From Albugo candida (taxonomy: Eukaryota): a DNA stretch of 64,000 bases. The stretch is taken from NCBI GenBank assembly GCA_040437565.1, contig JBDOQK010000003.1, positions 372,001-436,000 of the forward strand. Reading direction: 5' to 3'. A program made the translations under genes and the position numbers. Shown one piece after another: positions 26,862 through 37,700 of the stretch. Within the stretch, counting starts at the first letter, position 1. Each line of letters starts with the position of its first letter. The notes under the pieces are model-generated. The model searched no databases. It saw nothing but the letters and a program-made list of their open reading frames with translations, and had not been told where the DNA came from.

Positions 26862-27053
26862 TCTGCTTTTTCCACTTGTCCAGTAGATCTTCAGCGATGC
26901 TTGATAAAACTCAGCAATATCGATGTAGGCAAGTAGTACATTCAACTGTTTAAAATACTTGATGATGGTTGCGAAAAGTCCCATTGTTAACAAGTGAATG
27001 TTCTTAAAGCTGAGGAAGGACTTTTCACATGCGCAATATAACTTTCGATAACT

Positions 27054-27725
27054 TCATTTACTAAAGAGCTTGAGCATTGGAATATCTTGCAGCTCTTGTC
27101 GAGAGCACAGGTACTCTCCTACACACGAATCAGTATGAAACAAAAAACATGTTACTTATTTTCTTACCGAGCAATACAGTGATCGCTAGGGCAATGACGT
27201 GCACGATCCACCATTCCCATGATCTAGGAAAGTCCTAAGGTACACATGACTGATCACACTTCTACTCAATTCTTTCAAAGAACTGCTACCAGGTAGATTG
27301 AATGGATGATAAGGTCGACAAAGTAGAGAGTGATACCAAAATCGAGACATTTCTTGGCACGCTCCACGAAAACACTCAATGCGATCGCGCTACACAAAAG
27401 TAAGAGCACAAAAGTACCCAAATAATACGCTTGTACAGCAAACCTGATAACACTGGAAGCAATAACGGAAAACGAATTTTTGATTCCTTCAACATTTGAT
27501 AAGTTTTGTGCGTAATAAGCAAAAAAATCATCAAAAGTCAATGAAAAGCCATGGCAAAGAAACAGTAAAACGCCTTGTGAGATATAGAAAGAGCACTTTT
27601 TACCACAATGAGCACTGTTATTCCCATCGATGCAACTTTGATCGCACATCACTTACTTGAAGACAAATTATTTGAAGAACAATCAGTTTCGGATCCCATT
27701 GCCCCGCGCCATAAAACTTTGCCAT
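27054..27725 (-). CDS. SYS1: Golgi integral membrane protein SYS1, multi-exon
   Basis: Exon 1 reads MAKFYGAGQWDPKLIVLQIICLQ followed by a GTAAGT donor. The middle exon has VERAKKCLDF, then FPRSWEWW. The last exon reads EYLCSRQELQDIPMLKLFSK*. Confidence 0.9.
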
Positions 27726-29300
27726 TGTGAGAGTGCGATTGGCTATATAATGCTGTCATTTTGACCAATTGGCATAATTCATAAAGCATGCCGGAAGCAA
27801 AGCGAATTTCGGTCGCGATTTTGTATACTCTTCGTAGCACTACAAGAGAGAGAAATCGGCAATTGGCCGAATATATCGCACTCAGCGTTGCGTGTAATAC
27901 AGATGTCATGATATACACTGTACCTTGTACGCCTTTATCTGTAGAGAATACTTTACCGCATATATCAGAAGCGCGCGGAATTATCCATCCAAATGGCCGA
28001 CCCGTAAATAAGCGCTTACTTGAGAAGAAGGAACGGTATAGTGATGGTAGCATTTTAAATATCCTTTCGTGCGATCTTTGGGTCCTTTATATCGACACGG
28101 AGCATACATTAGCCACGATGCGGTCCATACAGCGTTTTTGGTACGCTCATTTGACTGCATCACCCACTTAGAAATAACTTGATCCCATCAGCACGCAAAA
28201 AAATGCTTTGCAGTCACGGATTATTCTAAATCTTCAAACGGCATTCCAGTACACGCAAAAGTTGCAGGAAATGTAAGCCGATGAGAGATGTTACGAACCT
28301 GCCAATTCTATTGCGTTCTTGAGCAGCTTTCCTGAGTCAATCACACTGGAAGGTGGTGTCACGTTTCGCGTAATTTTGAATTCTAATAAATATTTGGAAC
28401 CGGACGCAAATGGAGCTTTCTTCATTGAACGCCTATCGTAAGAGTCCATCTCGATACAACGCGGATATATATTTACTGGTCGTCAAGTGATGAGAAAAAA
28501 AGTGCCATTTACGTGTTCGATCTATTGGAAAACACTGGTATTCCGCTTCTATCGCGCAAAAATATTCAGTGTACGTTTTCCTTCTTCCTAGGTTCGCTTA
28601 TAAGTCCTCGTATCGGTAGCAATTAAGTGGGGAGCAAGCCTCATCCGACTTTTGTATCCAATTGCCAAGTTGATTGATGCATCTCCCTCCAGTACCATCC
28701 GCGATTGCAAAAGTCGATTAATTTATCTGCAGCTTTTGGATGAGTGCATGGAAATGTTCCAACAAATGGATAAAAAAGCTCTTGTAGCATGTCCTAAGCC
28801 AAAACGAAGAATGATTTCATCTTGCATTCCGAATTCTGCTGCGTGTACAAGTATATCGTTGCAATCCATAATGATCTTATTGCCACTACCAAATTGGATT
28901 TTTGACACGGCTGTGTATCCTCTACTACAATTTGTATCCGAGCAAGCAGAATTGAATTCGGTAATGATTGCAGCGCGTTGATCCTCTCTTCTCAAAAACG
29001 GCTATTGTATCCCATAGAGATACCACCATCAATATACAAGTGCTGATTTTGAAAATGATTACGGTGAGATCTTGAGATTGGGTCAACTTCAAAATTACGC
29101 ATTGCCTACACTTGCTTTACTGGAGTCGCTCATTTCCGATCAAAACCTGACTACACTGACGGCTCGGAGCATATTGGAAAAAATTCATGTTAGGAACGAT
29201 TGCTACCGGCACGCAAAAAGTTTCATTCTCAAGTTCAGCATTGGTGTGGCAGTGGTCGTTGCAATTTCAATTTCTTGGACATTTGATGCTTAACATACAG

Positions 29301-30321
29301 TCAGGAATTTTCGTCCAAGTCTTGAAGCTCTTGCCGATATCGTGATACTGCCGCTTCTCGAATACACTTTGTTTCTTCACCGAAAATGCCTGACACCATC
29401 TCCCAACAAGTCAGTTTGGGAAGCACACCTCGACTTTGACGCAAGTATCTATGTAATTCTCTAATTTTATTTTTACGAATGCCCAAATTTGTCCAATATC
29501 GCTGTCCAAATGTCGACTCATGTACATTATTTTGCATGTTGAAAATCGGATAGATTGCAACTGGAAATGACTGAGCAAGATGGATGAAAGTCAAGCGATC
29601 AACCATGATTTCTGTCACTGGTTCATTTTTCTCTTTCGACTCGTCCGAGTCTGGCTTCACTTGCAGCCTTACGCCTACTTTTTTCATTCTGCCAATGGCA
29701 ATTTTAGTGTTGACCGAATAGCTGAATTGCGGGCTCTGGAGCTCTCGGCTCATAGTATCGAATTCCGTGCATTTAGCGAGCCTGATCGATCGACGTCATA
29801 CAAGTCGAATAAAAATTGGATCAACTCGAGCTTTGTGAGCGTTGCAAAACGAACTATACATTGAAGAAAATCGTCAAATTGAATGTAGCCCTCATCCGAT
29901 ACTTGATCGGCAAAGCGGATTATTCCATTGGTGAGTGGACACTGCTCTTCCCGAATAAGTGTGAGAAAATCTCTACTGGAGACCATGTCTCTATACAAAA
30001 TCACTCCAGATCAAATCATCAAAGCGCCCGGATCCTCGATGTATACCTTTTCGAAACATCACATCGGTCAAAAATGTTTCCTAGCTTTCGAATTCTATTC
30101 TGCGTCATGCCGACACTCTGACACAGCATCTCGACTTTTCTTGTGCGGATGAGCGTACCATACACATCTGTAGAAGGCACTGTCGCGATTGTACAAGATT
30201 CTGATGTTTCTTCTTCAGGTAACGTGATGGTAGGCAGCGTATAGACGGCGATCTTGTTCGATGATCGTGTCTTCTTATGGTTTGATGGTTTGGAGGTGGA
30301 GGTGACTATGCTCATTCTCAT
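29301..30321 (-). CDS. EF-hand calcium-binding protein (one intron, one apparent 1-nt frameshift)
   Basis: Contains FDDFLQCIVRF and FLFDLYDVDRSGSL (EF-hand loop). Intron GTATAC...GTATAG near 29992-30047. The frame breaks at ~29765. The 3' end is uncertain. Confidence 0.7.
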
Positions 30322-30445
30322 GGAGAAATGTGCCAAAAATAAATCGTGTCCATTTAGCGTGTTTAACAGCGCGTCAGATCTATCACAATACCAAGCAAAC
30401 ACTGATCAATGCAATATATTTATTTACAAAATCGAGTGCTACTAA

Positions 30446-30991
30446 TTATTTCGCATTTGACGTTTCCTCCTTATTTTCGGTTCCTTCGGCATGATCCTTG
30501 AGAGCGTTCGTTTGAGCCTTCGCGAACGGAGTCTCTTGCCATAGTTTCTCGAATTCTTCTGGCGATCCGTTAGAGCAAATTGTGTCATGTTTGCCCTCTT
30601 CATCCTTTTTCATTCGATTCCATATTGTTCGAAGCTTCTTCCCATCAACTTCGCGTTCATGCAATGCTTTTAATCGCCCGTTGGAATCTTCATATCGGCG
30701 ACGTCGACTGGTAATACGCCTTCCCTTATCGTCCAATACAGATGAGCTCGAGTATGAATAGGACGAGAAAGATCGATCTTCTTGCTTTTTCTCCTTGTCA
30801 TCTTCTTTGTTCACCTTGCGTTTTTCCTCTTCTTTTGCGGGTAGATCTTTGAAGAATTCGTCATCGTCATCATTACGGCCTTGATGATGGAAAAAGTCTC
30901 GGTTGACACTCGTTGCAAGCATCTGATCCGCCATTCGATCAAAGTCCATCATCGATTGCTCAAACGAAGCCATTGGGTACCAAAAGTTGGG
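30446..30991 (-). CDS. Conserved hypothetical protein, copy 1 of an inverted pair (5' end in gap)
   Basis: Protein identical to the 33205-33714 ORF except for the last few residues (ALKDHAEGTENKEETSNAK versus AIKDHAEGTEKKA). Confidence 0.85.
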   Translation of the reverse strand, partial: PNFWYPMASFEQSMMDFDRMADQMLATSVNRDFFHHQGRNDDDDEFFKDLPAKEEEKRKVNKEDDKEKKQEDRSFSSYSYSSSSVLDDKGRRITSRRRRYEDSNGRLKALHEREVDGKKLRTIWNRMKKDEEGKHDTICSNGSPEEFEKLWQETPFAKAQTNALKDHAEGTENKEETSNAK

Positions 30992-32905
30992 NNNNNNNNN
31001 NNNNNNNNNNNNNNNNNNNNNNNNNNNNNNNNNNNNNNNNNNNNNNNNNNNNNNNNNNNNNNNNNNNNNNNNNNNNNNNNNNNNNNNNNNNAAGATACAT
31101 TCAAAATATGTTCTGAGGATCAGCTTAGTCGAAATAACCTGCAAGGATTTCGGAGCTGATTCTCTATAGTAATGTTTTAAGAGAACTGCAAAGACATCTA
31201 CGTACGGGTTGATTATTGAATACCCCTAGAGACAACGAGTATCCTAAAGTCAGACTTCACGGCGGAGTTGCTACGCCGTGCTGTCGGTAGGAGCGTTATG
31301 AAGGTATGGATAATCGATATGTATGTTTGATATCACATAGTGCACAGTTAATGCTATACAAATTATACTATAGGTGAGTAATCCTTCCTGTGTTGGGCCT
31401 GTATCGGGTCACGATGCTCTGGTTCTGCACATACCGCGATGATTAGGTTACATCCATGCGTCAATTCGAGCTACGATATAGTCATGATAATATCGATAGA
31501 GCTTTCGGCTGCGTTTGAAGGGTATTTGAGCGACTTCAGAAACATATCCGTGCTCGATAGAGTTTAATTTAATGTTTGGTTTCAATTTCAGTTGACGTGT
31601 TTGAATGTGAATGTTTTACTGGGAATTTGGGAGCCGTTCTGTGCATCAGCAGCCTTCGAAAGTGTAACGACTTCTTGACAAGCAGCAAAATTGAAAAGGC
31701 ATTCTCGTCTACGACGAAAAGCTACATGAAAAGGGCATCCGGGAACTTACGAGGTTCTAAGGCTTGGCCCGGATTTGTAGACACTCGGTGTGAGCCTTTT
31801 CGAGGCTTGATATTCTCGCACCATTACTATGAATATTCCCATTGTGATATTAACTTCAGGCTTTGTTGCGTTTGAAAATTTGGAGCCCAACTTTACTTCC
31901 ACGTTTTGTACCGAAGCTTATGTATTCCATCACCTGGAGGCATAAGGTCGGATGTCAGTCCTCCATGTGTCGTGTGATAATAGTTTCCCGCTGTATGTTC
32001 ATTTCCAGGTGATAGTACGACTGTCCATTCGTAATAAGAACTTGTATGGGTAAGATCAGTTTGACCTATGCAAGAAGAGAATGTTTATTGCGAATGCTTG
32101 ATTCTTTATTATTCTCCAAAATCATTCTTTCCTTGTTGATCACATAGATTGTACAATTGAAAGTTGGAAGTTTGAGACTGAGAACCAATATGGTGCGCTA
32201 TAAAGATATTTTCTTCAAGCATCAACGTCTCGAAATGTTTTTACAGGTTCTTTCTGGTTGTGATTATTTCAATGTAAGGAACTGCGATTTTTTCTTGACT
32301 AGCAATCATCCACATACTTCCAGTTCTTCCTTATAGAGAGAACTTGTCCAGGATAGTTATTTGACTCTGTCAATATTTGGATAAGAGCCGACGTGTCATT
32401 GATCAGAAGTTACGTTTGAGTTTCTTTAGCTTTCGTACACGGATGTCGATTCTTCCATATCAAGTTATCTTTATCGAAAAAGCTCCCCGATATGCCTCCT
32501 AATGGTTTTCGTTGAGACTTTCACGGTGTACATATCCTTATTGATACCCTGGAACCCAAGAACCCGGCGCACATAATCATTATGGCTAACTATCGAACAA
32601 CCGAATGTGCAAATAAAACCTCTAACTGGTACTAAGGTTTGCGGCTATAGTTTCATATAAGTCCATTCCAAAAAGCTCATTTTAGGCCGATACTTCGTGA
32701 CTTGGTTTTGGGTGACACTATTATTGTCATCGTTTGCAGCCGCCATGGTGTTTGATATAGACACGAAGTTATGTTGTCCACTCAACGCTTCGTTCGCTGT
32801 GGAATATTCGGATTTTCTATGAAAAGAATATGTCGAAGGGTTCTCAATTCGAGAATTCGATTTTTGTACGAGAAGCAAAGCAATCAACGCTGATGCTCAA
32901 TTCTC

Positions 32906-32921
32906 TCAGTTCACAATTTAC
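32906..32921 (+). promoter_or_regulatory. Oomycete INR+FPR core promoter motif
   Basis: TCAGTTC-AC-AATTTAC fits an INR-like element plus FPR (MWTTTNC). It starts ~70 nt upstream of ATG 32975. Confidence 0.6.
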
Positions 32922-32974
32922 CAGCAAACAATTAAGACAGAAGACAAAAGAAACACAGAATCTATTCGATCACA

Positions 32975-33714
32975 ATGTTGACAGCACGAGACTTTTTCTA
33001 CCCTCCAACACGAACATTGAGTGTTTGGGATCGAGTTCGACCCAACTTTTGGTACCCAATGGCTTCGTTTGAGCAATCGATGATGGNNNNNNNNNNNNNN
33101 NNNNNNNNNNNNNNNNNNNNNNNNNNNNNNNNNNNNNNNNNNNNNNNNNNNNNNNNNNNNNNNNNNNNNNNNNNNNNNNNNNNNNNCCCAACTTTTGGTA
33201 CCCAATGGCTTCGTTTGAGCAATCGATGATGGACTTTGATCGAATGGCGGATCAGATGCTTGCAACGAGTGTCAACCGAGACTTTTTCCATCATCAAGGC
33301 CGTAATGATGACGATGACGAATTCTTCAAAGATCTACCCGCAAAAGAAGAGGAAAAACGCAAGGTGAACAAAGAAGATGACAAGGAGAAAAAGCAAGAAG
33401 ATCGATCTTTCTCGTCCTATTCATACTCGAGCTCATCTGTATTGGACGATAAGGGAAGGCGTATTACCAGTCGACGTCGCCGATATGAAGATTCCAACGG
33501 GCGATTAAAAGCATTGCATGAACGCGAAGTTGATGGGAAGAAGCTTCGAACAATATGGAATCGAATGAAAAAGGATGAAGAGGGCAAACATGACACAATT
33601 TGCTCTAACGGATCGCCAGAAGAATTCGAGAAACTATGGCAAGAGACTCCGTTCGCGAAGGCTCAAACGAACGCTATCAAGGATCACGCGGAAGGAACCG
33701 AAAAGAAAGCTTAA
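32975..33714 (+). CDS. Conserved hypothetical protein, copy 2 of an inverted pair (spurious gap inside)
   Basis: Reads MLTARDFFYPPTRTLSVWDRVRPNFWYPMASFEQSMMDFDRMADQM...SFSSYSYSSSSVLDDKGRRITSRRRRYEDSNGRLKALHERE. The flanks of gap 33087-33186 overlap, so the ORF is probably continuous. Confidence 0.85.
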
Positions 33715-33838
33715 GATTTATATATTTGCATCAAATAAGTTTTGATACATCGAATGTGCATGTTTTCAATTTTATCACATACATGATTGTAATCGTCCGT
33801 TTGTACTAAAGGCACGCACATTGTTGCTCAATCTTTCA

Positions 33839-36103
33839 TCAACGTCTTCCAGATATGACATTATCGACCAGAGCCGGTCGCACGTAATCGGAAGATTGAT
33901 TCACTTCGCTTCCCAGCGCAGAGAAACTGTCGACTTGAATGATGATTTCTCGAGCAGCTTCAACTTCATCAATTAATCTTTGCTCCTCGGCAGTTGCCGT
34001 TCTCTTCTCTTTGCGCAGCTTCATCAGTACATCATCTGCCTGCATCGCTTTGGGTAATGTTGCATTCAGTAGAGCGACTCGATCATCTCCATTCGATGAA
34101 ATAAACAAACTATCAGAAAGAAGATTTCTCACAGGTGTGTCTGCAGCAAGTAACGCTGCAACTTTTCGAATCTGAGCGTCGTCCGGCATTTGGTATACCC
34201 GACCGAATGGGAATGTCAATCCCCGCATGACAGAACCAACGCCAAATACAGGGAAGTTTCGACTGATACCGTATATTCCTTCTTGTGCTTCGCTCAGTAA
34301 TTGCATCATTGCATACTCAAAAATGACGTCAATCCCATCGACTGTTTGATGATTCTGATAATACCACATCGCCGAGTAACCCAAGTAAATAGCTGAAAAA
34401 ACGTCTGCAAATCGGCCTGAAATCATTTCCGCAAACTTTAACTTGCCCCCAAGAACCAACGACAAATCAGCACATGTAGCGAAATTCTTGGCTATCTTGG
34501 ACCACTGTGATTCATAGTGCTGTAGAAGACTACTTTTGCTTCGAGATCTTTTAACAGCGGCACTCAGAGAGCCCATAGAGCTAGAGAAGCCGTGTCGCAC
34601 CAGATTCCGAACTTCTCTTTTGAATCCACTGACGTCATCTCCATGATGTATGGTTTTCAATAACTCGTATAGATGTGGATGCGCACGAGTGAGTCCCTGA
34701 CCAAAAATGATAAGTGATCGAGTCAGAATATTTGCTCCCTCAACCGTAATGGCGACTGGAAGGGCTGCATACATGCTCGCTAGGAAATTGTTTGGTCCTC
34801 TGCAAATGCCAGCTCCTCCCAGTACATCCATTCCACGATTGACCACCTCTCTTCCACGTTCAGTGATTTGTTGCTTGCAGACTCCACTGATGACAGCAGG
34901 TTGCTCGTGTTGATTGATCATTGCATTCACCATGTGTTGGCCACTTGTCATGATGAATAACTGACCGCCCATTTTCGCCAGCTGTTCTTGAATGCCTTCT
35001 AGTGAAGCGATCGGAACCTTGAACTGTTTACGAACTTTCGAATAGGCTCCAACGGCGTTAGTCGCTACTTTTGCGCTACCCACGGCTGATGATGGTAGAC
35101 TGATCGATCGACCCTCTGCCAAGCAATCCATCAACATATTCCAGCCGTACCCAACACGAATTTGCCCACCAATGATCTTTTCCATCGGGATAAAAACATC
35201 TTTGCCAGTAACGGGACCATTTAAGAATGGAACATTCAATGTGTCATGCCTACGTCCCATTTCTAAACCGGGATGATCACGTTCTAATAACGCTACAGTG
35301 ATTCCTTCATTTCCAACCCCACCCAAAAGTCTTTCTGGATCGCTCACGTCAATCGCTAATCCCACGCACGTGGCCACCGGCGCTAAGGTTATATAGCGTT
35401 TGTTGAACGTTGCTCGTATTCCAAGAACTCCATTTTGTTTGCAGACAACTCCTTTGTCTCGCATGGACGCAGCATCAGACCCAGAAGATGGCCCAGTCAG
35501 ACCAAAACAAGGTACGTGCTTTCCGGATGCCAAAGACGGCAAAAAGTATTGCTTCTGCTCATCCGTTCCATATCGTAATAGCAGCTCTGCCGGTCCAAGT
35601 GAGTTTGGAACGCATACAGTCACAGCAAGTGCCGGACTTCGAGTTGCCAATTTTGTGATCACCATAGAGTGACCATGTGCAGTGAACTGTAAGCCTCCAT
35701 ACTCTTTAGGCACGATCATTCCAAGAAATCCTTTTTCCTTGATGAACTTCCACACATTCAAAGGTAAATCCTGATCGATCGTAACTTTGTAGTCGTCCAC
35801 CAATTCACACAGTTGATTGACTTCGTTCTGCAGAAACCTCTCTTCTTCCGGAGTCAATACTGCGGAGTATTTCTCTAGTGTTTTCAGACTTGGAGAGCCG
35901 GCAAAAATGTCTCGATCAAATCCAATTGTACCCGACTCCAATGCTGCTTTCTCAGTGTACGACATTCTCGGCATCATTTTCTTGGCCACTTTGTACAGCT
36001 GGCCAAAGAAAAACTGACGCCTCTGCATAGTCATCCATGATCGATGTAGTAATGTTGTAGGTGTGTTGCGCCCAAATGACGCTTTTAAACAGCTCGAACG
36101 CAT
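33839..36103 (-). CDS. Acyl-CoA dehydrogenase, long FadE-type, probably mitochondrial
   Basis: 754-aa intronless ORF with GFLGMIVPKEYGGL, VPNSLGPAELL, PCFGLTGPSSGSDA, KRYITLAPVAT, GWNMLMDCLAEGRSISLP, RKQFKVPI and ITVEGANILTRSLIIFGQG. It has a FadE-like C-terminal extension and an Arg-rich presequence. Confidence 0.95.
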   Translation of the reverse strand: MRSSCLKASFGRNTPTTLLHRSWMTMQRRQFFFGQLYKVAKKMMPRMSYTEKAALESGTIGFDRDIFAGSPSLKTLEKYSAVLTPEEERFLQNEVNQLCELVDDYKVTIDQDLPLNVWKFIKEKGFLGMIVPKEYGGLQFTAHGHSMVITKLATRSPALAVTVCVPNSLGPAELLLRYGTDEQKQYFLPSLASGKHVPCFGLTGPSSGSDAASMRDKGVVCKQNGVLGIRATFNKRYITLAPVATCVGLAIDVSDPERLLGGVGNEGITVALLERDHPGLEMGRRHDTLNVPFLNGPVTGKDVFIPMEKIIGGQIRVGYGWNMLMDCLAEGRSISLPSSAVGSAKVATNAVGAYSKVRKQFKVPIASLEGIQEQLAKMGGQLFIMTSGQHMVNAMINQHEQPAVISGVCKQQITERGREVVNRGMDVLGGAGICRGPNNFLASMYAALPVAITVEGANILTRSLIIFGQGLTRAHPHLYELLKTIHHGDDVSGFKREVRNLVRHGFSSSMGSLSAAVKRSRSKSSLLQHYESQWSKIAKNFATCADLSLVLGGKLKFAEMISGRFADVFSAIYLGYSAMWYYQNHQTVDGIDVIFEYAMMQLLSEAQEGIYGISRNFPVFGVGSVMRGLTFPFGRVYQMPDDAQIRKVAALLAADTPVRNLLSDSLFISSNGDDRVALLNATLPKAMQADDVLMKLRKEKRTATAEEQRLIDEVEAAREIIIQVDSFSALGSEVNQSSDYVRPALVDNVISGRR

Positions 36104-36349
36104 TCGTACTTTTTGTATGTTGTCGCTGAAAGGAAAAATCGGTTATGAAAAAAGTTCTTTGCTTTGTACAGCACAAAACGTTTAAAACAAATGATCTGAA
36201 ATTAGAAGAAAATGTAAAGTGGTTTTTGACGACGGTCGTGTCACAAATTCGTATGCTACAAAAGCAGATGTTTTAATGATAGATGCAGATGAATTAACGG
36301 ATTGATTCCGTACGAATACTCTCCAAGCTATTGCCCACTGCGACCATCT

Positions 36350-37700
36350 TTACCCTATAACGTGATCTCTACGCATTGACTCTTTGTGCTAATTGTGATG
36401 CGAGTTTTTTTGTAGAGTGTTTTCGTGAAGTTATGAGGACGCGCTCCACTGCTTTGGATAGCCAAAACCATTCCAATCTAATACGCAATCACCTAGTATG
36501 CATATGATGAGGATCAGCGAGACACACACCTGCTCCAAATGATGCGATCGGCCGCGATAGTGAGAATGCAATACACTGCAAATCGCATGATGTCCTCATT
36601 ATCATCTTGAATCATTGACTGTAAGGCATCAGTGAATTGATCCTTGAGCTGTGAACTGGAGAGAGCCAATCGGTTGGAAGATATCTGGCAAAAATCTTTG
36701 ATCTGACGGGCTAGATGAAAGCGTGTCGGAACGGGAAGACTTGAGTTGATTTCGAACAAAAGCTGGGCCAAATCCTCATAATCTGCTACTGCAGCTGTTG
36801 GATCACTCTCATCTGAGATCTGATATTCGAACAAATCAAATCTATCAATATGTGTTAGAGATCAAATGTACAAGCAAGGATAATTGTGTTCAGACTCTAG
36901 GTTGGGAAGATTGCAGAGATCTTGGTCGATCGCTTGGCAATGATTGCGTATTTTGTTCACAGCCATGATGAAGAGGTTTTCGTCGCCCTAACGCGGACAA
37001 TTCATAAAATGAAGCAACTGACAAGAAGGCTCTACCTCTTGTCGATAAAAGTCGACGCGGATGGTGTCATTTGACAACCGATGCAGCTGAATATGTATCG
37101 CAATTTCTTCCGCGGACACAAGTGCGGATATATCAATCTGACAGCATTCTGTCAGTAAAAGCTGAAGGAATGTAAGATATCTCACACTCCAACTATTCTC
37201 GTTCGGTCTCACAGAAAGACCGATCAATTTGGACGCTTGCTCCAGTGTTTTGAAAGTGCGCTGACCACCGACTGTGCTCAGAAATGTCGGATGAACTTCC
37301 AAGTATAACTCTTCTTCCGCATAAGGAATAAAATTTTCATCCGGGAAATGCTGACAAGACTTTTGTTCTGTTTGATAAAATTCAGCGTCTTGGTCAAATT
37401 CAAGCTCAGACGACTTTGCTGCAGCAAATTCCACTTTTTCAGAAAAACAGGATGTCAAATGCACTCCCTCTCCCTTCAACAGAAGTGAATATAACTTTGA
37501 GCTATTTCTTTGCTTGTTCTTTACCAGTTCCTGATGCTCGAATGCGCTGGACGTAATCAGCTGCGTCTGATAAGACATTCGGCGATATGTTATCTCTTCA
37601 TCAAAAATTTCTAAATCTTGCAGTCGATCCGATTCCTACTTGAAACGTAGTAATGATTGTCGTGGCCAACAGCGATTACTCAAGTCTGTCAGATATACCT
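36350..37700 (-). CDS. Hypothetical multi-exon protein (possible KA1-like segment plus helical C-terminus)
   Basis: ORFs 36988-37578 and 36514-36834 can be joined by GT-AG introns (...VDFYRQE|GDENLF...). Both ends are uncertain. Confidence 0.55.

Noticed and set aside
31200..32750. Stop-riddled minus-strand coding-like relic between the inverted gene pair; considered Helitron helicase
   Set aside because: No convincing motif match; left unassigned.
32800..32860. Heat-shock elements upstream of the inverted gene pair
   Set aside because: Only two-unit matches (GAAtaTTC, TTCgaGAA), not a canonical three-unit HSE.
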